From positions 1,549,112-1,569,111 of the forward strand of contig JBODTK010000012.1 in the NCBI GenBank assembly GCA_050613775.1: a DNA stretch of 20,000 nucleotides. Reading direction: 5' to 3'. Source of the DNA: Neocallimastix sp. 'constans' (Eukaryota). The notes beneath the pieces were generated by a model that was given only the letters and a program-made list of their open reading frames with translations, was not told the origin of the DNA and did not search any database. Positions 1-10,335 of the stretch are shown here, in pieces (the stretch's first letter is position 1; the number at the start of each line of letters is the position of its first letter). The translations under genes were made by a program, and so were the position numbers.

Positions 1-367
1 TTCGTATATTAAATTCATTTCATTTTATATAAAAATAATATTTACAATTAATTAGTAATATATTAATAATATATAATTGAAAAGAAATAATGTTTGTTAA
101 AATTAGTAATATATTTTTTTATAAAACCAAAAATAAAGATTATACATTAAAATTTTTTTTAATAATTGTTGAATTAAAAGCATAGATCAAAATTTAAAAT
201 TAATAATATATCCAATGATATAAAGGATAAATTATCATATAAAAAAAATAATTAAAATATATAAACTTTGTAATATATTAAGTTTATTTCTATATTTCAT
301 ATAGAGAATAAAATATATCGAATTATAAAGAAATTCATATTAAAGATAAAGATATATTTAAAGTATA

Positions 368-649
368 TTAAAAAAAATTAGAATTAAATAAAAGTTTTAA
401 ATAATTCTTTTTACAGTTTGAACAATGACATACTGAAGTAGCCTTTTCATTACTTTTACGAATTTGTAAACGTGTTAATTAAATATATTAATTATTTTTA
501 CATACTTTACAACATATGGAATCATCTATTAAATCCGTTTTTTCATCATCTAATAGTTGTAATTTATTTTTCTTTCTTAATCTGTCTTCATGAAATTAAG
601 AAGACTTTTCATAAAATTTATCTAATGATTTCATCGAACCATTATTCAT
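368..649 (-). pseudogene. Short intronless TFIIS C-terminal zinc-ribbon protein pseudogene (viral-type architecture) with three in-frame TAA stops
   Basis: Manual translation from the ATG at 649: MNNGSMKSLDKFYEKSS*FHEDRLRKKNKLQLLDDEKTDLIDDSICCKVCKNN*YI*LTRLQIRKSNEKATSVCHCSNCKKNYLKLLFNSNFF*. CKVC...QIRKSNEKAT...CSNC matches the TFIIS ribbon CxxC...QTRSADEPMT...CxxC. One frame, no frameshift; stops at 598-596, 490-488 and 481-479. Confidence 0.75.
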
Positions 650-1065
650 TATATATTATCTATTATATTAGTCAAAACTTTTAAAAATCCTATTTCTTAT
701 TTTTTTTAACACTTCATTTTTTTTTTATTACAAGTTTTATTATTATATTTAAACTAAATTAAGATTTAGTAATTTCATTTAATAAAAAAAAATAATAAAA
801 GTACCCCTAAAATATTTGTAATAAGTAAAAAAAAAAAAAAGATGGAAATATTAAATTTAATAGTGAAATTAAAAAAAAAAAAAATTACGAACAATAAAAA
901 TCCCAAATATATATATATATATATTATTATTATTATTATTTATAGTTAGCTTTTAAAATAAAACAAATTACTAATAATCAGAATATAAAATAAAAAAAAG
1001 AAGAAATATATTATTTTTCTTTTTATAAATAAAAAATAATATTTTTACATTGTGTATAAACAAAT

Positions 1066-1680
1066 ATGAATGATATAAAACATATCTGCAATATTTTAAC
1101 AAATATTGTTCCTTAACAATTAGAAATACATGTAAAATGAAAAAAAAATATTCTTTTTTCGATGGTATTAACATTATTGATTGTAATCATTTATCGAATG
1201 ATAGATATATCATTAAATGTAACGATAATCAAAATAGAGGTACTAATAATATTGATTATCAACAAAAATCAATGTTTATATTGATTGATAGATTGGAAAG
1301 TATTATTAATAATAAAAATATTAAATATTAATATTATTTGAATGATACAATTAAAGCTTCTTTTTATATTACTATCCATATTTTGATTCATCTCCTTAAA
1401 AAAGTTTATAATGATAAAAATAAATCTTTCAGTAATTGCACAATACATTATTTATTGTACTGAAGATATAAAATACTTGTACTATTATAATGATTATTTC
1501 AATAAAGCATATCTTTATGAGCAAATAATAATGAATGATGATATTTCAAAATTAAAAATTATTGAAAATATAGAAAATTATATCTTTATACGGTTATGTT
1601 ATGATATCATATTAATAACTGAAAATAAAAAAATTTTAATATTTATTAATTTTAAATTTTCAATTTTATATTTTAATTAA
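1066..1680 (+). pseudogene. Decayed intronless ORF with probable cyclin-box fold
   Basis: ORF 1137-1331 reads through its TAA and shifts +1 in the A-run at 1416-1420 into ORF 1411-1680. This gives SMFILIDRLESII...KASFYITIHILIHLLKK...INLSVIAQYIIYCTED...IIENIENYIFIRLCYDI, resembling in order the cyclin motifs MRxILIDWL, TLYLAVxILDRFL, LQLVGxxALxIAxKxEE and MExxILxxLxYDL. The ATG at 1066 needs another stop readthrough and a frameshift. Alignment by eye only. Confidence 0.4.
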
Positions 1681-2124
1681 AATTAATAATTTTTTATAAA
1701 AAAAAAATTTAATTTTAAAAAATAAAATATAATAATCTTAAATCTTAAAAATTATAATTTTTCAATATTTAATAATTATTATATATATTTTAAATATAAA
1801 AATACCAAAATTTATAAAACATATCTTTAATTATATATCTATATAAATAGATAAATATATAAATAGATAAATAGATAAATAGATAGATAAATAAATATGA
1901 ATAATTAAATAAATAAATAAGTATTGATTGTATAATTTATATAAATAATAAAAATTCAAAAAATGTTTAGGAAAATTAAAAAAAAAAATAATTATTTTTT
2001 CTCTTTTTAGTGTACTTTATGAAAATAAGATATTAAAAATATCATAAAAAAATGTATATTTAATATCTAATAATTAATTTAAATAATAAAAGAAAAACTA
2101 TATAAATAAAAATATTTGTTAGGT

Positions 2125-2205
2125 AATGATAATAACAACAATAATAATTATAAAATAATAATAATAATAATAATGATGATGATGATGATGACGATGATGA
2201 TGATA
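2125..2205 (+). repeat. (AAT)n/(GAT)n trinucleotide microsatellite
   Basis: An aataat run followed directly by gatgatgat...gacgatgatgatgat. Confidence 0.75.
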
Positions 2206-2310
2206 ACCATAATTCATTATTAATATATTAATCTTTTCAAGAATAATTATAAAACATTTAAATACATTTATATATGAATAAAAAATTTTAAATTTTATGA
2301 TTTCTGAATA

Positions 2311-2327
2311 TGATTGGCTTAAATTGG
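2311..2327 (-). promoter_or_regulatory. Two candidate inverted CCAAT boxes upstream of the LYAR-like gene
   Basis: ATTGG at 2313-2317 (context TGATTGGCT = AGCCAATCA) and at 2323-2327, 10 bp apart and ~120 bp before the ATG at 2440. Confidence 0.35.
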
Positions 2328-2439
2328 AAACTTAAAAAAAAATTAAAATTTGAAATTAACAAAAAAAAAAAAAAAAAAAAAAATAAATTAATTATAAAAT
2401 TTCATAAAAATATTTAGAATATACAAAAAGAAATAGAAA

Positions 2440-3688
2440 ATGGTTTCCTTCGGTAAGTTTTTATTATTCTAAATTTTTAAATTTATAATCATTAATATTG
2501 ATTTTATATAATAATATAAAGAATAAAATTTATTAATTTTTTTTATCATAAATTAATAATATAGTTTGTGAACACTGTCAAGAAGTATTTATTCTATTTC
2601 TTCTTTTTATTTTTTTTTTTATTAAATAATATGGAATTTTAATTAATAAAAATTAAATTAGAAAGGAAAAAAATAATACATTTATTATTAAATATATCAT
2701 TATTTTAACATAAAATTTAATAAATCTAATGCTTTATATATGAATATGAATATATTTAAAAGACTTTAAAAAAGAATAAGTTGGATCAACATGCAAATCG
2801 TTGTCATGTAAATATCTAAAAATAAATATATGATTAAATATATAAGTAATAATTTGTTGTTTTTTAGAATTAATTTTATTTTAACAGGAAGTATATTAAT
2901 ACAAATTCTTAAAAAAATATATGTACAATAATATAAATAAATTTAATTAAATATAGTATGCTCAATTTACTTGTATAGATTGTGGTACTACATTCCAAGG
3001 AACTTCATACAGGGCTCATACTTCCTGTATTTCTGAAGCAGAAAAATATCAAAAAAATTTATATAAAGGAAAAAAAGTAATATTTTTAATATTATTTAAA
3101 AAAATTAGATATCATTTTAATAAATTCAAAACTCAATAATATTATTAATATTTAATAATAAAATATTTCTTTTTACTATATATAATATATATATAATATA
3201 TATATATATATTTTTTCCTTTAATAATAATATATATATATTTTATTATAATTAAAAATTACTTTATTTGTTTTATTATTCAAAAAATAACAATAACAATA
3301 AACATAAACATAAAAAAAACATAAATATAAACAAAATCATAAACATAAATATAATAATTATAATAATAAAGGGAAAGAACAATAGAAATATCAATAATAG
3401 TAACAATAATAATAATAACAATAATACTCAAACTAAAAAACTTGATTTATTTAATAATAAAAATAATACACAAAATAAGAAAATAGAAGGAGAACCAGAG
3501 AATACTATTTCTCAATTAAAAAAATTGATGAATAATAAAAAGCGTGCACGTGAAGAAGAAGAAAGGAAAGAAACAGAAAACAAGAAGCAAAAGAAAGAAA
3601 ATGATATTAAGGATTTAATTAAGGAATCTATTGAGAAAAATGTATCCGTAAGTTATTATTAATTAATATTATATATATTATATATTGT

Positions 3689-3723
<35 letters not shown>

Positions 3724-4137
3724 GTTAATATATACAATATTTTAATCGTTAATTGTTATGTTTTATTTATTTATTTATTTATTCCGTATATTAAAATAAT
3801 TATATATATTATTTTATTATTTTTTATAAATATTATAACTTTTTATTTTTTTTTTTTTAAAAAAAAAAAGGAAAAGAAAGAAATTTCATTAAAAAAATTA
3901 ATAAAAATCGTCTCTAAAGATATTTCAAAGAAAGTTAAGGACAATAAAGACAAACATATTAAAAAACAAGTTAAAGATTTTGTAAGTTCTATTCTATTTT
4001 ATAAAAATAAAATAAAAACAAATTAAATAAATATTTAGACATATAAACTAATAATAATGTTTTAATTTATTTATATAATAATTAAATTACAGATTAACTT
4101 TATAAAATCTGATGATAAAATTATTTTAAAATTCTAA
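2440..4137 (+). CDS. LYAR: LYAR-type C2HC zinc-finger protein (cell growth-regulating nucleolar protein; yeast YCR087C-A family), 7 exons, ~209 aa
   Basis: Exons 2440-2452, 2565-2584, 2763-2807, 2957-3076, 3372-3647, 3871-3981 and 4093-4137. All introns are GT-AG with consistent phases (630 nt total). The N-terminus MVSFVCEHCQETLKKNKLDQHANRCHYAQFTCIDCGTTFQGTSYRAHTSCISEAEKYQKNLYKGKK is the classic LYAR double zinc finger (CIDC...HTSCISEAEKY). A K/E-rich C-terminus follows, ending INFIKSDDKIILKF*. Confidence 0.93.
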
Positions 4138-5216
4138 AATAAAATATATTCCATTCATATATATTTTTACCAATATGATTATTAATATTTTAATTTATAG
4201 ACATTTATATTATTATTAGTATAAACATTAGTAAAAACTTAAAAGCAATAAATAAAATTTTAATTATACATTTTTCAAGTATAATAATTGTTGTAATTAA
4301 TTTAATTATATTTTATATAAAATAACAATTATGAATAATTAAAAGTAATATCTATTAAAAAAAATATTTTATATATTATAAAAATAATAAAATATTAATT
4401 AAATTTGTGTAATTATTTACTATAAAATATTTGATTAATTTATAATTAATTAAAAGTAAAAAACATTACTAAAAGCATATGAGATATTGTCTTTTTAATT
4501 TTTTAATGAATATATAATTAACATATTTTACATATTAATTCTAATTTTCATTATCCAAGATGAAATTGTAATTAATTAATTAAAAATTTAATAAACAAAT
4601 AGAAAAAAACATATTTTATAAAATTTTTATATATGAATTTATATAAATTTCTATATATAATATTATTAAATTACATGTATTTCTTATTTTTTCTTTTTCT
4701 TAAAATTATTATTAAAATAATTATTATTATTTATTAAGTGACATTATTTTTTTTTTATTACAGTTTATATAATTATTTGTTAATTAAAATATATTATATT
4801 TTTGAGTAAGGTGTTATATAAATATATTGAGTTTTTTTGACTTTTAATTTTATATATATGTTTTAAATTCTCTATTTGTATATTATATTGATATAAAATA
4901 TTATGATTTAAATAAAGTATAAAAATTTTTATTTATTTTTGTTAATTATTAAGTCTCATCTTTTTTAATATAATTCAGTAAAAAAAATATTTTTTTTTTG
5001 TGACAATAAAAAAAAATAAATTTTTTAGAATTTCTGTATTAAATAATTTAAATATGTCTTCTATTATAATTTGAATATATATAAATATATTTTTTAATAT
5101 ATATATATATATTAAAAATTGTCAAGTAATAATAAAAAAAAATAAAATTATTAAAAAAATTATAAAAAAAATTTTTTATTTTAAAAATATTTTAAAATAT
5201 ATTATAAATAATTTTA

Positions 5217-5226
5217 ATCACGTGAT
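5217..5226. promoter_or_regulatory. Palindromic E-box ATCACGTGAT (bHLH/Cbf1-type candidate site)
   Basis: Perfect 10-bp palindrome containing RTCACGTG in an otherwise CpG-poor intergenic region, ~700 bp upstream of the ATG at 5920. Confidence 0.35.
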
Positions 5227-5919
5227 ACTAATTGGGACAATACATATTTTTTAATATTTAAAAAAAATTATTTTAAAGAAAAAAAAATTTTTTTTTCATT
5301 GTCTCTAAAAATGAAAAGTTTAAAAACAATTACCTAAAAGTAAAATAAAAAATTTATTATGATTTTTAATTATTTTTATTATAAAATAAAAAAAACTTCT
5401 ACTTTTAATAAAATAATAAATATTTTTTATTTTATTTTATTTTATTTTATTTTTCATTTTATTGTTTTATTGTTTTATTGTTTTATTTAATATTCTTTAA
5501 TAAATATTTTCCTGTAGAAGACTTTTATTAATTTATATATATATTTTTTTTAAACAATTAAAAATATTTAATTATTATATAATTAATAGTAGTTTTCTTT
5601 TTAAAATTAAAATTATTAAAATTAAAATATTTATTTCAATATCAAAAAAATAGTTAAAACCAATAATTTCAAAGCACATAAATAATATCATATATATATA
5701 TCTACCATATAATATTTTATTGCTTTTATTTACTTTTAAAAATAGTAATTTTTGTTACTTTAAAAAGAAATAGTAATTTTATAGAAATAAGTATAATACA
5801 TTAAAGTATTTTTTTTTTAATGTTTTATTTTTTATTTTTTTATTTTTTTTTTTTTTTTTATTTTTTTAATTCCTATATATAAATTAAATAAATATTAAAA
5901 AAAAAAAAAAAAATAAACA

Positions 5920-6474
5920 ATGACAAGACCTAATGAACCAACTGAATATAAAAATAATACTCTACCTGTTCTTTTACCAAATCCTAATACCCAAAAAAAA
6001 AATGTTTCAAATTTATCTGAATGTTCATTAGACTCAATAGAATATAGTATTAATAATAATATTAATGATGATTCTAACAATTCAAGTATAAAGGATGAAT
6101 TTAAACCAAATTTAAGTCAAATAAATAATTTCATATATTATAAAAAAGAGGATCTTTTAATTCCTGTTCAAAGAAATGGAAAAAAGAGTATAAAAAAAGT
6201 TAAAAAAGAGTCGAAGTAATTATTAATATAAAAATAAATATATATTTAAAAATATTATATTAAAATAATAAAGAGATATTAAATATATAAATAAAATATA
6301 TATTGTATAATATTACAGTATGTTGTTATCTTCTAAAACTGCCTCACGTAGAGAAGCTGATCGATTGAGAAAAGCAAAGAGTCGTTCAAATCCAGCAAAT
6401 GGTATTTTTTTAAAAAATAAAAATAAAATTATTTGAAATTTACTATATAAAAAATTATATTATTTATTTTTTTT

Positions 6475-6515
<41 letters not shown>

Positions 6516-9500
6516 TTATATATAAATTAAATCTGAGAATAATATTAACAATATTTCTAAAAAATATTTAAAACTTGTTATTATTTAAATATATATGTGC
6601 ACAAAATATTTTAATAGCTGTTTTTGAGGCTTCAAGGGAAAGAGTAAAACGTCATGTCAAAAATAAATATAAATTTTTAAATATTAATGCTATTCCAACA
6701 TTAAATGATTTACCTAGACGTCAACCTTGTCATGATTGGGACATATTTTATCATATTTCACCATATGAAGATCCTGAAACTATTGATTTAAATGAGAGAT
6801 ATTACAATTCTGGAATAGAATGGCCTAAATATGTACAAGATATTATGAAATTTATTAGTAATCAGAATCAAAATACTATATTAAATGCAGTGAGAGCCTC
6901 TTCACGCGCAAAATATAATAAATGGGTTTCTGAATTAAAAGAAAAGGAGGATGAATTAAAAACATTATTTGAAGCTAAAATATATTATCACCAAAGACGC
7001 GAAAGTGATTATAAAGAAGCTTGGGCAAAATATTGTGAGACAGGGAAAGCGACTAAAGAAGATATTGATTCCTATTATTTAAGATTAAAAGGATTAGAAC
7101 ATAATTTAATGGAAAATCAAAGAATAGCAAAAGAATTTTGGGAAAAAAATAAAAAATATTTTGATGTTGAAACTGTATCAGTAATTCTTAGTAATACACC
7201 AAATGAAGAAAAAATAACAATTACTGTAGATAAAAATGGCTCTTCTAAAAAAGATCACGAAAAGTCTAAAACAAGGAAGCATCGTACCTCATCAAAAAGT
7301 AATCCTGAAAAAGTTCAATCTAAGTCGTCTAACAAACCTCCAGTAACAATTAAACCTTCTTCTTCTGTGTTGAATTCTGTTTTACCACAGTTAACTGAGA
7401 ACATTTCAGATGAACATTATAGTAATATAACAGAAAATATTAATGATCAAAAAATTAATGATCAAAAAATTAATGATCAAAAAATTAATGATCAAAAAAT
7501 TAATGATCAAAATATTAATGATCAAAAAATTAATGATCAAAAAATTAATGATCAAAATATTAATGATCAAAATATTAATGATCAAAAAATTAATGATCAA
7601 AAAATTAATGATCAAAATCTAAATGAGAACTTCGTTAAAATGAATTCTTTTTCTTCAAATTCTAATATAGACAGAGAAGACATAGGTATGAATAATACTA
7701 ACAGTAATACCCAAATCGTGAATGATAATACCATTCAAATAAATACTTCTGAGAATAAATTGGATATAAATAATAAACATAATAATAATTTAAGTAGCAG
7801 TAATAATATTAATACTAGTAATAAAAATAATTATATGGATGATTCAAATAAGAATAGGATTGTTGTTGACTCGAATATTAATAATTCTGATGGAAATAAT
7901 TTTAATATGAATATAAATAATTTTAATACTAGTATTAATAATGCTAATGAAAATATAAATAATTTAAATTTAAATAATATGAATACGAATAATATTGATA
8001 CTAGTACTAGTAATAATAATTCTTATAATTACAATTATATAGGTAATATTATTAATAATTGTAGTAGTTCGTCAAGTGGTATTGATAACACTAACAACAA
8101 TAATAATGATTATGATGATGATTTTTATTATAAATATAAAGATGATGATAATGAATTAAAGTTTAGTATGTATTATAAATCAAAGGATGTATATATCAAT
8201 AAAAATAAATCTAATAGTAACAATAAGAGTAAAGCAAAAAATAGAAAAAGAGTAAAATCTAAAATTAATTATATTAAAAATAATAAAATGAGAAGTAATG
8301 TAAATATTGAAATTAACAATAATAATAATATTATAAACACTAGAAATACCCCTAATACAAATAACAATAATTATTATTATAAATACAAAGATGATGAAGA
8401 TGATGCCAGTAATTCTATCAATGATATTAAAGATAATAGTATTAATTATTACAAGTATAAAGACGATGATATTAGTGATAATAATATATATATTACTCAA
8501 AACAGCAATAATAATGATTATTATAATTATAATGATAATTATAATAATGATACCAATATAAATAATATGTATAATAATAACAATAATATTTGTAGTGTTA
8601 ATAAAAATTATGATTATAATAGTTATAACAATGATACCAATAATAATTCTGTATATAATGACAATAACAATAATAACAACGGCAATAACAGCAACAGCAG
8701 CAACAATAATAATAACAGTAATAATGCTATTTATTCAAAAACTGATTTTAACAATAATTTAAGTTGCAACAAATACAATAATAGTTATAATAATATCAAT
8801 AATTATAACAATATTTATTATAACAATTATAATAATAATTTCAACACTAATTCCAATAATTATAATGATTATAATAGTAATTATAATAATAGTAATAATA
8901 AAGAAGATTATAATACAAATACTATATATCATAATTCTACAGATAATAAGAATGATATTTCTCATGCTTTACCTCTACCACCATTGGAACATTCTAATTC
9001 AAATCTCTCAAACTCATCGTATTATCCATACTCTGATATTTCATCTTATACCTTAACACCACCATCAATGAATGGTGATAATAACCATAATAATAGTCAA
9101 AACACCTACTCACCAATATATGGTCATCAAAATTCTTTATCTCAATATTCCTTACAGTCTAATTCAACTCAAAATGAAACTTATACCAATTATAATTCCT
9201 CACCTTTCAATATACCAAAAGATAATCTTGAGTTATCTGATTCTCATCTCAATAGCTTTTCTTCCTATGAATCTAATACCATCGATATTAATAATTGTAA
9301 TGATGAAAACTATAATTGTCAAAACAATAAAAACAATCGCATAAATAATAATAATATCAATAATGATAATATGAATGGTCAAGATAGTGATAATCGCAAG
9401 GATTTTACCAATGAAAATTCAATATCGTCTTCATCATCAACTAAGGTTTGTAATTTAATAAATCGAGAATCCAGTAAAAAAGAAAATAGCCATAATAATA

Positions 9501-10141
9501 ATGATGATAATAGTGATAATAATAATGATGATAATAGTGATAATAATAATGATGATAATAGTGATAATAATAATGGTAATAATAATGGTAATAATAATGG
9601 TAATAATAATGGTAATAATAATAGTAATAATAATAGTAATAATAATGGTAATATTAATGGTAATGAAAATGACAAAAACAAAAACTTTGAAAGACAAATT
9701 AATTCTTCTCCTTCGATCACTATGACTTCAATTGTAACTAATCCTATTACTATGACAACTACTACTCCTAAACGTCGTCAAGAAGATAAACCAGAAAATG
9801 ATTATCCTCATTTCTTTAATGATACCGAATCATTAGATAGTTATCAGCCACCCAATAAGCGAATTAATCAAAATTATATTATTGATCATAATAATGAATT
9901 AACATATCAACAACATCAACCTCATGAAAAGCTATTGCCTTCTCCATCGTCTTCTCGTTCCTCTCAAGAATATGTGTCCTATAATAATGAGGATTCGATA
10001 GTTATTAATCTCCACAATAAAGTAAAGAATTCCGATGATGATGTATTGAACGATTTCGATTCATCAAAATATCTCTTAGCATTAAAAAATTCTAATAAAG
10101 GATTTGAACCATCATTAGATTCTACAACACTTTACGATTAA
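5920..10141 (+). CDS. Hypothetical ~1300-aa protein: basic/helical N-terminal domain plus long Asn-rich low-complexity region; possibly a nuclear regulator
   Basis: Exons 5920-6215, 6319-6401 and 6618-10141. Introns 6216-6318 (GT..CAG, phase 2) and 6402-6617 (GT..TAG, phase 1) join ORFs 5920 and 6575 in frame, 3903 nt in total. Exon 2 encodes MLLSSKTASRREADRLRKAKSRSNPAN, continuing AVFEASRERVKRHVKNKYKF. No family recognised. Confidence 0.85.
7439..7618 (+). repeat. Coding 15-bp tandem repeat x12, (INDQK/N)12
   Basis: Unit ATTAATGATCAAAA(A/T), 12 copies differing only at the last base. Confidence 0.95.
9494..9649 (+). repeat. Coding tandem repeats (NNNDDNSD)x3 then (NNNG/S)x7
   Basis: 24-bp unit aataataatgatgataatagtgat x3, followed by 12-bp units aataataatggt/agt. 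Confidence 0.85.
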
Positions 10142-10335
10142 ACTAATTATGATAATAAAATAATAAAATTAATAATTATAAAATATAATTAATTAAAAAT
10201 AAAATAAAATAAATAAATTATTTTTATTATAAATAAAAATAAGCACTCATTTAAAGGAAAATAATAATTATAATACATCAGAGTGTAGTTAAAAGTTTTA
10301 GTATAATCGATTGGAATAGTATATATATATATATA

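Noticed and set aside
455..505. An intron (GTATGT donor on the minus strand) removing two of the TFIIS stops
   Set aside because: Splicing there would delete the second Cys of CKVC and the QIR motif, and the upstream TAA would remain.
368..649. TAA-to-Gln stop-codon reassignment
   Set aside because: Both intact genes in the window terminate at TAA and use CAA for Gln. The neighbouring relics also have frameshifts, which points to decay.
472..684. + strand 70-aa ORF
   Set aside because: It is the antisense shadow of the TFIIS-like pseudogene and has no motif of its own.
3267..4026. ORFs 3267-3662 and 3685-4026 as separate genes
   Set aside because: They are LYAR exons 5 and 6 plus read-through intron sequence.
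8126..8470. Engineered FLAG tag or vector contamination
   Set aside because: The motif is KYKDDD rather than DYKDDDDK, the copies are dispersed, and they use native AT-rich codons.
7406..9725. Overlapping Ile/Leu-rich ORFs on both strands
   Set aside because: They are shadow frames of the AAT-rich codons and tandem repeats of the real 5920-10141 gene.
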